Origin: Dimorphilus gyrociliatus
Taxonomy: Eukaryota > Animalia > Annelida
Length of the DNA stretch: 64,000 bases
NCBI GenBank assembly: GCA_904063045.1
Contig: CAJFCJ010000001.1
Span: 1,240,001-1,304,000, forward strand
Reading direction: 5' to 3'
This document shows, one piece after another, positions 32,682-44,800 of the stretch. The notes under the pieces are model-generated. The model searched no databases, was not told where the DNA came from, and saw nothing but the letters and a program-made list of their open reading frames with translations. Every line of letters begins with the position of its first letter. The first letter of the stretch is position 1. The translations under genes and the position numbers were made by a program.

Positions 32682-35426
32682 ATGAATGTCGACAGTCCCT
32701 TTGTCATAGATTCGTCAAATCTCCCCGCTGAGGAGAGTGATCAATTAATAATCCGACCCTTGTAAGTAGTTTCTTTTTAAAACTGAATTTTGAAATATCA
32801 AGTAAAACGTGAGCGATAATGAGGCTATTATGGGATGTTTTAGAGGGTCAGGACAAGAAGTTGGAAGATCATGCCATATGTTAGAATTCAAGGGAAAGAA
32901 AATAATGGTATAACTTAGTTTTTACTTAAATTATCGCATATTTCAGTCTGCTTAATTTTAGTTGGATTGTGGAATACATCCAGGAATGTCTGGAATAGAA
33001 GCTCTCCCTTACACAGACATAATAGATCCCTCCCAGATTGACTTATTGTTAATAAGCCAGTAAGAAAATTATAAAAACTATTTATACTAACATTTTTAAA
33101 GACATTATTTTTAAAAAATCAACTAGCTTTCATTTGGACCACTGTGGTGGTCTACCGTGGTTCCTGGAGAAAACAACCTTTCAGGGCCGTTGTTTCATGA
33201 CACATGCGACAAAAGCTATATACCGCTGGCTGCTTTCTGATTACGTTAAAGTTAGGTAAGTATTTTGCAGATAAAAGCAGAATCAGCTTACTTTATTCCA
33301 AAGGGCTGGCTTGAATATTATGTATACTTGAAAATGTTTTTCAGTAATATTGCTACCGAGCAAATGTTGTACACCGAGGGAGATATCGAAAAGTCTATGG
33401 ATAAAATCGAAACTATTCATTTTCACCAGGAGGTAACAGTAAATGGCATTAAATTTTGGTGCTACAACGCCGGTCACGTTTTGGGTGCAGCAATGTTTAT
33501 GATCGAAATAGCGGGCGTAAAGGTAGTATCTTCTATTATGAGGATTGAGATTAATACGCCTTTCAACTATTTGAAACGTTGTTTTTCTTACAGATTCTAT
33601 ATACTGGGGATTTCTCTCGACAGGAAGACAGACATTTAATGGCTGCAGAAATTCCCACAGTGAAGCCTGATGTCCTTATTGTTGAAGCTACATATGGAAC
33701 TCATATACACGAACCAAGAGAAGAAAGAGAGAGTCGTTTTACCAGTCTCATTCATAGTATTGTCAGGCGTGGGGGCAGATGTTTGATACCTGTTTTTGCT
33801 TTGGGAAGAGCACAAGAGTTATTGTTAATTTTAGGTAAAAGATTTTTACTACTATTGTAATGTCGAGAACGAATTTCAAAAGATTATTATACTTTTCAGA
33901 TGAATATTGGTCCGAACATCCAGAATTGCATGATATACCAATATTTTATGCATCCTCTCTAGCCAAAAAATGTATGAGTGTGTATCAAACATACATCAGT
34001 GCAATGAATGAAAGAATAAGAAAACAAATTGCTATTAAAAATCCTTTTGTATTCAAGCACATTAACTATCTAAAGGTATATGCTACATCCGTGGAAAATT
34101 ATAAATAATTTTTTCCATTTTCTTCATAGAGTATTGATCATTTTGAAGACGTAGGTCCATCTGTTGTTATGGCCAGTCCTGGCATGATGCAAAGTGGGTT
34201 ATCTCGTGAACTATTTGAAAGTTGGTGTACGGATAAGAGAAATGGTGTTATTATTGCTGGTTACTGTGTTGAAGGAACACTAGCAAAACAGATCTTAACC
34301 GAACCGGAAGAGATAGTCACAATGAGTGGTCAAAAACTTCCAAGGAAATGTTCAGTTGATTACATATCCTTTTCTGCTCACACCGACTACAGACAAACTA
34401 GCGAGTTTATCAGAACCCTTAAGCCACCTCATATTGTTCTTGTTCACGGAGAAAGAAATGAAATGAACAGGTAAAATATTTTAATAGTGTTCACGGTTTA
34501 TCTATCATATATTATTTTCTCTGCAGGCTTAAACAGGCGTTGACAAGAGAGTATGAAGACGATAGTCAACATCGAATCCACATTTACAATCCAAAAAACA
34601 CCCAAGCGGTAGAGCTATACTTTCGAGGAGAAAAAATGGCTAAAGTCATTGGAAAATTAGCTGCTGATAGAAAAGAAAAAAAGAGAAACATCAGTGGACT
34701 TTTAGTCAAACGAAATTTCAATTACCATCTCATGTCAGCTGCAGACTTATCATCTTACACGGAATTAACAACTTGTTCTGTTTTTAATAAGCAATCTTTA
34801 CCATATTCGGGAAGTAATGAATCTTTGAAGCTCCAATTAAACTGTCTAGCAGGAGAAGTAAAAGAAAAAGCCTTAAGTTCAGGAGAAAATCGTTTTACAA
34901 TTTTTGATTCGGTTGATATATGGTTAGAGGAGGAACACGAATGCGTTGTGTTGGAATGGAAAGCTGGCCCTGTACAGGATATGTTCGCTGATTCAGTTAT
35001 AGCAGCTTTATTAAAAAGTACTTCAATAGAAGGTAATGGTTTATTCTATATTAAACATTTTTGTTATTTTTGAATATTTTCTTTTCTAATTAGACCTACC
35101 AAAATGTGGAGAAATCGAAAAAGAAAACATCAGTGATTACATTGTTGAGACATTAAATGAAATGTTTGGAGAACAAGCAGCTCATCCAACTTCTGAAAAA
35201 GGAATTTTTCAAATATCTGTTAATGGCAACTCAGCAGTTATCGACGTATTTGAGAAGGTATAATTGCACAATGATTTTTGCACAATGCTTCAGCTATTAA
35301 TTAAAAAATGAATTTTTTTCCCAGAAAGTAGAATGTAAGTCGGATAAGGAATTAGAGCAACAACTTCGCAACGTTATTGAGAATATTACAACAGCAATAC
35401 AACCAGTGAAGTATGGTGCTGCATAA
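32682..35426 (+). CDS. CPSF3: Cleavage and polyadenylation specificity factor 73-kDa endonuclease
   Basis: [81 protein letters not shown]. Confidence 0.97.
32809..32820 (-). promoter_or_regulatory. ATTATCGCTCAC element in CPSF3 intron 1, near the TRIM/CPSF3 bidirectional promoter
   Basis: gtgagcgataat on the plus strand, the exact reverse complement of 15769-15780. Confidence 0.45.
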
Positions 35427-35709
35427 TTTAAATACTGTAAATCGTTTTTTAAGTGGTTGACTCCAGCTTTTATAAATAGTACAAAACTTTTTTGTTTGCA
35501 ATACATTTCAATATTTTGATAGTAAGATAATTGTTTTATTTATGGATTATTTATAGTTAAATATACCTGATGTACTATAAATTGTATGAATGTAATTCAT
35601 TTATAATATAAAAATACTGTTTCGAACTTCCTACATTACTTACAAAAAATTTACAACCGAGTCAAATAAAGAAACTATTTAAAAATCATAGTATTCAAAA
35701 AGCTTCATT

Positions 35710-36277
35710 TCATGAGGCAGCGTTTTCTTGAACGTTCGGATTTTCCCTTGCATTTTTGAGCTCTTGCAATCGTTCAAGGATTGTTTCGGCATGTCTGTTT
35801 CTATGCATTGCCATATTAAAATCCTTTTTCTGGCCATATGGACTGACTTCAGTACCACTTCCACCAGCGTATTGTGTCAATTGTGATATCTGTTTTGTGA
35901 GTTTATTCTCAATATCTTCTACCTCTTTAAGGAAAGTGTTTGCATTGGTCTCCGCTGCTTTCATTCCTATTTTATCCTTGCCCATTTCAGCCAACGATGT
36001 TGCTATATTGAGAGAAAGGAGTTGAATTTATTATATAACGAAACGCTTTAAAACAATAAGAACGTAAGATACGGAAGATTTTTAATATAAGAACGCAAAT
36101 AACATAATATCGCTCATATAGAAAGAGTGATTGCAAACAACTTTTCTAATAAAATAAATTTTTACCTGCCGATTGCATAGCAGTTAATATCTGATTTTCT
36201 ACTTCGGCTAGTGCAGTCATTTGATCTCTGGTATGATTTTGCCGAGGAACTTGTGTATGTTGATTCGCACCCGCCAT
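35710..36277 (-). CDS. MED11: Mediator subunit 11, two exons
   Basis: ALAEVENQITAMQSA then EMGKDK...FLKEVEDIENKLTKQISQLTQ...SPYGQKKDFNMA, parallel to MED11 QIRYLTQ..SSYSSRKD. Confidence 0.85.
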
Positions 36278-36528
36278 TTTTATGCTTACAAAACTAACGT
36301 CTGTAAGCGCCAGGAAAAAGTTTAGACTGGAACAGGGAACCGCACAATATGTTATTCACTAACTACATTCATAATAACAATTGAATTCAGGCCATCCAAT
36401 TTGATATCTAGATCTACAATATTCAAGTTAGACTATTGATCATAAGTAATTTTTCACCAGTCGGCATAATTAATCATAAGTTTTGGCCTTTGTAAGAACA
36501 TAAAACAGTTTAGAAGACATAGCTCAAC

Positions 36529-37593
36529 ATGAGTGACAAATATTATTCTATATTGATAGAGACTGTCTCCTGGATTATTCCTGGTAAATTCTCTAACGTT
36601 CAAAAGCTTACATGTGGGGCACAAGGAATGTGCTGTACAGCTGATGACGAGACAATAGGGAAAATTGTCATAAAAAAGCTGTTAAAACCTTTTGAAAATG
36701 AAACAAATGCAAAAAGAGCATGGAGAGAAATTGTGATATTACGACATCTGAGTATTTCTCCTCATCCTCATATTATTAATCTATTGGATATCTATACTTC
36801 AGATACATGTCTTTCTTCTTTCAATAATGTTTATCTTATTACTGAATATGGTGGACAAAATTTGAAACAAAGTTTAAAAAATGTGCAATGCTATGATCAG
36901 AGTAGTGCTCTAAAAATCATAGGTCAAGTCGTAAGTGCCTTGGCTTATTTACACTCTGGTGGCATATTACATAGAGATCTCAAGCCTGAAAATATCAGCG
37001 TTAGTGAGAATTTAGAAGTTAAACTGCTCGACTTTGGCTTGTCTAGGACAGCAAGTGATGTAATGTCTGGCTATGTCATTACGAGACCATACAGAGCACC
37101 AGAAGTTATTTGTAGTTGGACTCATTACAAAGCGACTGTTGATATTTGGAGTGCGGGCTGTATACTTGCCGAACTATTATCAGGGAAAATTCTGTTTGCT
37201 GGCAAACACGCGGTAGAACATCTACAAAAGATTATTAACTTTGTTGGAAAGCCTGATGAATCAGTACTCTCCAAGATGACCTCTGCAGATGCTAGAAATT
37301 TTATTGCAAAGCTTCCAAATCCCAGTCCAGTTTCGCTTGAAGCCCATTTTACTGAAGTTCATGAAAGTATTATTGATCTCCTTAGAGTGATGTTAACCTT
37401 TGATCCAGACGAGAGAATTTCAGCAAAGGAGAGTTTACAGCACGAAAGTTTTCGCCTTTTCAGGGCAACGGCATATATATCTTCAAATCCTTTTGGTTGT
37501 CCAATTCTTGATTGCCACTATGATAGAGAAAAAAAGGATTTAGAATCCTGGAAATCATTGGCTTGGAATGAATGTAACAAAATAAATATATAA
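36529..37593 (+). CDS. Divergent, intronless p38-like MAP kinase with SGY activation motif
   Basis: IVIKKLLKPFENETNAKRAWREI, HRDLKPEN, DFGLSRTASDVMSGYVITRPYRAPE, VDIWSAGCILAELL, FDPDERISA. Confidence 0.88.
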   Translation: MSDKYYSILIETVSWIIPGKFSNVQKLTCGAQGMCCTADDETIGKIVIKKLLKPFENETNAKRAWREIVILRHLSISPHPHIINLLDIYTSDTCLSSFNNVYLITEYGGQNLKQSLKNVQCYDQSSALKIIGQVVSALAYLHSGGILHRDLKPENISVSENLEVKLLDFGLSRTASDVMSGYVITRPYRAPEVICSWTHYKATVDIWSAGCILAELLSGKILFAGKHAVEHLQKIINFVGKPDESVLSKMTSADARNFIAKLPNPSPVSLEAHFTEVHESIIDLLRVMLTFDPDERISAKESLQHESFRLFRATAYISSNPFGCPILDCHYDREKKDLESWKSLAWNECNKINI

Positions 37594-38615
37594 AGAATTT
37601 TATAGCTGATTTAACCTAAATTTTTGTTACCCGTAGGTGTATAATTGTTTATTAAAGAATATTTAGTCTTTCGTTTGTGTTTATAATTGTTTACAATATT
37701 AGATTTGTAAGATGATATTCATTATTTCAGAAAAAGAATTCCTTAGGTTTTAATCTTTCGTCAGACAGGGAAGTACCTCATCTCACTATCTCTTAAAAAT
37801 ACTTATTTTAATATTATATACTATTATCTAACATCTAATTGGTACTTTTACCAAATCTAAAATGTATTACAACTACTTATGAATGGTTTTTTAGGAACTG
37901 TTGAAAGAGAGTTTTTGTAATGTTAGTTCACTTATTAGCAAATTTGTTTTGAGCTACTGCTGTTACATTAATCTTTTGAATATTCATATTCATGTCCTTG
38001 GTAAGGTCTATGATAAAAAGATCAAATAAGCTAAATTTGTGATGTATATTTTGCAATTTTCTCGCGAAGAATAAGCAATCAATCTTTCTGCTCAAAAGTG
38101 ACTTTTGATTATTGTTTTATGTATGAATTTTTTAAATTAGCGATATTAAGAATACAGATATTAAAAATTTCATTCATAAAAAGCTTAATTGAATATTTGA
38201 TAAAGTTTTAAATATGATTAACATTTCTTTGTGCTTACATCGTAAACAAAGAAATTATAAACTTCTTCTGTATAAGTTATAAAGCAAATAGTTTTTTATT
38301 TGTAAGTTAAAAATATAGGTTAAACAATTTGTATGCATACTTTTATTCTAGTCGTTTCATTTAAGTAGTGCTGTCTATGAAATTGCACGCATAATTATTA
38401 TTCTTTATTAAATAATGTGTCAAACAATTTTGTACATTTATTTTTAAATCAACTTTTCCAAATCACTCATAAAATAATTATAAGAAACGATTGTAGTGGA
38501 ATTGACAATCAGTATTGAAAATATATCTTTATCTCTTGTAAATGGCTTTTTACTAAAAAATACAGATAACATTATCATCAGGTAAATATTGATTAGTTCT
38601 TATCATGCTTTACTA

Positions 38616-38809
38616 ACCGGTTCCATCAAGACTTTGGGTTGCAACTGGAAAAATGTTGATACTTGTTTACAATTTAGTAATAAACTTATATTAATAAACT
38701 TTTATTAAAAGATTTTAATACACAGAAATGTATTTTCACTTATTTTATTTGTGATAACAGACAATATTTCGAAAGTGTTGCAACCCAAACTGCTTTGTAG
38801 CTAACCGGT
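38616..38809. repeat. Inverted-repeat element (MITE-like candidate)
   Basis: Perfect 13-bp inverted repeat TTTGGGTTGCAAC (38633-38645) / GTTGCAACCCAAA (38777-38789), plus outer ACCGGTT/AACCGGT, around an AT-rich core. Confidence 0.5.
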
Positions 38810-39439
38810 ATGAATTCACCGAGTGAAAATATTTTCAGGCAGATCAGAGTAAAGAATTGCTTGGTGACTGGTAAAAAAAGAATATACTTTTAATAATAAC
38901 TTTTTGTAATGATAAGTATTTTATTTCAGTTAGTTTCAACAATAATTAAATTGGAATATTTATAGTACTAAATTATTTATAAAAAAGAATAATAGAACGA
39001 TTGACTTCATTTAGGTATAAAATATGATTTTTTGTTCACGACTAGATTATCATTTATCCTATAAATATTTTCATACTATTTTTATAACATTATAATTAAA
39101 TATCGTCTTTTTACATCTAAAAATCAATTTATATATGAGAAATTGATGTTTCTTTTGCTATGAGTTTTTATTTTGCTATGAGTTTTATTTTCTTCCAATG
39201 TTCTATAATCTATTTGTATTGGCTATCTATATACTTAGTTTGGATTAAAATAATTTGAACAGTCTTTAAGTCATGGTAGTAAAATAACTCCCATCTACTT
39301 TTCTCTAGAGTAGTTTTATTAGAAATTACGGTTAAAAATTGTCTAGAAAATATTTTATACTCATTCAACTAAGTAAAGTTAACTCATTCAAATTATTTTC
39401 AGGCAAAATAGGATAATTGCATAGCGAAACACAAATGAT

Positions 39440-40724
39440 ATGAGAATAAAAGTACGGGAGAGAAGTAGGCGTTTTTGTTTCAATTGTTTTAGTAGTAAAG
39501 ATCTCCTGTTAAGATTCCGAACACTTGACAACAACACTAAACAGGACTTAAGACTTCTTATTTTTTTATACTTTCTCACATTTTGCGTTATTCTGCCAAT
39601 ACTATGCAAATCGTGGCCTCACTCAATATATTATAGGAAGCCTGATAAACAAATTATTGAGGATCAAGTTAAGAAAGCGAACAATGAACGACATAAAAAT
39701 GCTAAGAACTACTTCCTCAAAACAAATACACGATATCTTAATAAGCTCGACAGAGATTATCTCTATGCCATCGGGATAATTACAATGAGAAGAGAAAAGG
39801 AAGACCCATCTGATGACTATGGTTTTCTTACACAAACTGCAGCTGCAATACACCAGCAAATGAATGACAACATTGCATTCTTCATATGTAATATAGATTT
39901 ACAACCAGAAAAACACACCGAAGTTCAGGCGTTATCTGAATATATTCCAGTTATAACGAGACAACAAAAGAAAGCAGCTGACTCTATTTTTGAGGATGAA
40001 AAGCGAGATTATCAATTTTGCATGTCCGCTGCTTCCCGATTTAATGTTAGTTTCTTATTATTAACAAAAAGGATTAATATTAATTTATCTCTCTCTTTCG
40101 TAGGCTAATTATACAATATTAATGGAAGATGATGTGCTAGTTCGCAAAGACTTTTTAAATATTTTAGGTAATGTGATAAATCGATTCTTCAAACCGGATT
40201 GTCAGGACTCATTCTGCAAAAGTTCAGAAAGTTGGCTTTTCTTAAAATTATTCTATCCTGAAAAATGGAGCGGATATGGAATAGAAATTAAACATATTCT
40301 CGAAAAATGTGGCATATTCTCCGTTTCTATCGGAGTAATTTCCCTAATATGTTATTCTACAAGGAAAAAGGGTTTACACCGATTCACTTTATTTTTAATA
40401 GGCTTATATTTTGTTTTGTTGGCTCATACAATTGGAAGGCAGTATATAAACAATTTACGATCATTTAATTGGCATCTATTAGAAGTAATTCCAGCCAAAG
40501 GATGTTGCACACAGTGTGTTCTATATCCTAAATTTGCAATTGATAGTATTATAAAAAGGTTAAGTTCCATCACTTGTTCAAAAGAATATCCTATTGATAT
40601 TGCTCTCGACCATTTTGCGAAAAATTCTTCTATAAGCGCATGGTTATTGGAGCCAAATTTGTCTCAACATATTGGATATAAATCAAATTTAAAAGCAAGA
40701 AAGGCATTGGAAAATTTTCTTTAG
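39440..40724 (+). CDS. PGAP4: GPI-GalNAc transferase PGAP4 (TMEM246), two exons
   Basis: N-terminal TM, IGIITMRR, FEDEKRDYQFC, MEDDVLV (DxD-like EDD), LKLFYPEKWSGY, two internal TMs, CCTQCVLYP, EPNLSQHIG. Confidence 0.82.
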
Positions 40725-41717
40725 TGAAGAAGATTTCTTTGTAAAGTGATTAATAATTGATGATAAATAAATGTATATAGTGTTCAATAACTGATTGAAT
40801 AATGTTACCAATGAAGATGATGTTTTGTTCTGCATTAATTTCAAGTTCTATAATGTATTTTACAATGTAATTTGGGTTACTATTTCCATCTACAAAGAGC
40901 AATAACTTTATATATGCTTTGGATAACCAAAGAAACATCTTATTAATATCAGTACACCAGTGTCTTTATCGGTAGTACTCGTTTGATCAGTTGCACATCT
41001 AGGTGTATTTTGGTGTAAACATCTCTTGAATAGGCTCATTAACGTGCATGAATTACCATTTATTATTGCCATATCTGTTATATATATGAAGGTCTAACTA
41101 AATGTATGTGCATATAGATAAAAGCCCTTTTTGACATGGAGTTAGTCTACTCAATGAGGATTTTTGTAACAATTTCTAAATGGGTTCATTAACAAATCAG
41201 AATATCTGATATTTTAGCCATATTTTAGCAGTTTGAAAAAAAAAATGCATAATTAATGATAATCCATTTACTATTAGTTTACCAGGTCTCATTTATACTT
41301 GACAAGGAATCTGTTAACTTCATTGTAACAGTAAGCTGTTACAATATGAAATCATAGAAATGACATAACATGTAAATATCCGGCGCTTTGCTATTGTTAC
41401 AATTCTCCTTTCGTCATTAGCTCTCGCGACACGATTAAACACACTTGGTAGACGAGATGGATTGTTTGCTCAAATAGACCTATGGAACAAATTCCATGTT
41501 GTATAGGTCAATAGGTAATGTATACTTGTTTGTTACTTATTTTTGTACAGCTTGTACCATAAATAAAGTATCTTTACTTGCAATAAAAACTTCGCACATT
41601 ATTTATTTATATCAAATTCACTTTAATGAAATTTATGTAAATAAATATTAAATTAATTTGTTAAAAGTAATTAAGTAATGTCACTTTTAAAGTATTTTAA
41701 AGTGGGACAAAGTAACA

Positions 41718-41748
41718 CGCATGCGCTAATAGTTTCATAACACTTCCG
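41718..41748. promoter_or_regulatory. NRF1-like (CGCATGCGC) and ETS-like (CACTTCCG) promoter sites
   Basis: Consensus matches 65-95 bp upstream of the ATG at 41813. Confidence 0.5.
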
Positions 41749-41812
41749 CTTCCTCGTGATTTCTGAAGATTTGTATCTTTGTGGAGTTTCCTTGATCAAT
41801 CTCACCGCCAAT

Positions 41813-44800
41813 ATGAAAGCAAAACGTAATAATTCTACATTTAATTTTGCCTTTAACAATACAGATTTTTCTAACATTTTATTTTTTTAAATTAGATAAA
41901 GAATACCATTTAAAAACTTTAGACAAAGATTTTTCTGATTGGGTACAAGTTATGTCTATACTATTAAAAACGGATAAAAGTCCCAATATGGAGAAGTTTG
42001 AAACTTGGTTCCATTCAAACTGGAGTGTAGAGTATATAAAAGTTGTTCAAAACTCAATAATCGTTGACCATTTTAAGTAATAACTCTGTTTTTCTTGAGC
42101 AATTGTCAATTAAAAGTTATTATAAACAGCTCCATCGTTGACGAATTCAAAAAAGACACCTCACAAAGTCAGATTAGATATGAACCTCTCTTTACAATAT
42201 ATCAAAGGGAGGTTCTGGCAGAATCCCTTTGTCAATGGGGAATTTCAACAAGGGATAAGTGCAATATCCTTAACTTTGACGAAACGCTTGGTATTAAACT
42301 TTGTTGAAATTATAAGTGAAAATTTATTTTATTATAAACTATGTTGACAATTAAAGGCGACGAAGAACAAGGCATTCAACTGTTCAACAACTTGGCAACA
42401 ATTCTAAGGATGGTTCCAGGCCCTGAATATTATATCATAATCTCTAAGGTTGATTTGTACATTTGGTTGATTCGTAACGTTTATATTTCAAAATTGTAAA
42501 TATCAGGTTGCTAGTCGGAATAGAGACTGTCTGGTAGATGAATCAGATATTTCAAAACCATTATCAACTGATTATGATCATCGCGTCTTCGAAAAGAAGC
42601 AAAAGTTTAATATTAAAGACTCGTTGGTTTTTGTGTACGATTTTGAACAAAAATCAACTAGACAAACCAACAGCTGGCCTCGACAAATTCTCCCTACGCA
42701 TTTGGTTAAAGTGTCTAGGAAAGGATATATACCCATCTCTGTCCCATATGAGGAGCCACCAAACTCTGACAAAATTGAACAAGCTCACTTGAATAGTATT
42801 CCACCTAACCTTTCGGAAAATAAATATTTTAACTTTCATGATTACAAGGAAAGTCAAAAAAGATTTCAGGAGCAAGATGTGAAAGCAAATCAAAATTCAA
42901 TGACGTTTAAAGAAATAGCAAAATGCCTCCAAGACATTCCAGAAGGAGATGAGATCAAATCCCTTAAAGAAAATGTCGAGCAACAATCACCTCAATCGAA
43001 TTCTGACTTGGATTTGGATTCTGATTCGAATTTAGATTCAGACTCTGATTGTATCTTCATCGAGCATGAGGCTCCTAGAAGTGCTACGAGTTTTTATTCT
43101 TACAATGATTGGAGAAGTGGTGGTGAAGATTTAAACAATGAAAATTGCCAAAGCACAGAATTTTACAATAAAAACTTCGATAGTTCTAACAAAAGCGAAG
43201 GTAATAGCCATAATAATAGAGGAAATGAAAACATAACTAACAATGAAAATAAGGGTAATCAAAATACTAATAATGTAAATTGTAACAATGCAGAGAATTC
43301 AAGTAATCAATGTATACACGATATCAAAAATCAAAATATGGCAAATGTAAAAGTCCAACGTAATGAAGCTGATGATTTCTACATTGAAAATTCGAATACG
43401 GAAGAATTAAACAATCACATCATAGAAAATCTAAATGTTACAAATACAAATGGAAGACACAATGAAAGGACAGACACACCTAATTTCTCGTACAAAGAAA
43501 AAGGTAACGATTCTAACAATAAACATATAAATACAAGTAAAACTCCAAATTTAAATATACAAGATCAAGAACAAGAATTGAACGAAACCGTTTCAAGAAG
43601 TACAACTGATAAAAACTTTAATCATATCAAGCAAGGAGATAAGGATAAATCAATAAATAGTACGAAATTAATAGCAAATAAAGAAACAAGCATTTGGGCA
43701 TCATCAAATTTTCTAAATAGTTTCGATATTGAAAAGCTTTCAAAGAGCAATCTTATAAAAAGGAATCAAAACTCCTCACCAGACTGCATACAGTTGAGCG
43801 ATTCTGATAGCGACACAAATGAACCTGAAAAGGAGAAAACACAATCACATAGTTCATCGAAAAAAACGGATTGTTTTGGTAAGAGACTATGGACTGAAAC
43901 CGCGAAACTATTTAAAGATACTAGTAAGTTGTTTTTGATAATACATGTGTTATAGAATAAATAACATGCTTAAATGTTTATTAATTCCCCTTAGAGCAAC
44001 CAAAACAAGGAATTGTTAATAATAGACCCCTGGAAGATTACGATAGCCTTGTTAAACAACACGATAAATCTCGTGTTCTCATTCAGCCAGTGATTGTTCA
44101 AAATACAAGCAGAATTGAAATTTATTTGAAAGCTTTTCTCATTGGTGAAGGCAAGTCGATTTGTGATATTCCTGGTCCAGAAATACTTGAACCTAAGAAA
44201 ATTGAATTTGATGAGAACACTTGTTTGGAAGCTCTCGACTGGTTCGATGGACAAAAACCATCATCAACATCGCTTAAAGCACTTTGTTTACACCCTGACG
44301 ATATAGAAAAGTTATGTATATTCGACGAAAACAGCGAAATGTTTAGTGAGAAAGCTTTTTCTTACAAATACTATTGAATCATTTTATATTCATTCATTCC
44401 TTAAAATAGATAAACAGGGTCAACAAACGCATAAAAGTGGGCTTGGAAAGGATTGGAATAATGCGGTTATTGATTTAACTGATTGTCATTCAGACGATGA
44501 CAGCAAAGTGCCTCATTTGCCACAGGAAAAGCCAAAAAAAAAATCAAATTTAAAGAGAAAGTTTAGAGAAAGTGAAGAATCTGGAAATTCTGATTCCTCA
44601 AAGAATAATGAAAAACCCAGAAAAAGGGTAAAATTTCTATTAGCAGAAAAACCGATTGCAGAGAAAGCTAGTTATAATAGCTGTATTAACGAAATGAAAT
44701 CAAAAGTAAACTATAATAGAAGATAGCATAAAATATTTAATTAATAATAATTTTACTTTCTAGCAGAAAGGAAATGAATTTTATTCGTTGGAATTAACGA

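Noticed and set aside
32670-32684. AG acceptor-like sequences just before several ATGs (CPSF3, CCDC115, NFRKB, UTP25) as evidence for SL trans-splicing
   Set aside because: AG after AT-rich tracts is common by chance and can reflect ordinary 5'UTR introns. It cannot be established without transcript data, so it is kept only as one alternative in the UTP25 finding.
39153-39190. Short tandem duplication TTTTGCTATGAGTTTT(T)A x2
   Set aside because: Two copies in AT-rich intergenic DNA; ordinary replication slippage.
41369-41506. Plus-strand frame resembling a neuropeptide precursor (RRFAIVTILLSSLALA-TRLNTL-GRR..)
   Set aside because: No in-frame ATG and no splice acceptor that gives an open upstream frame.
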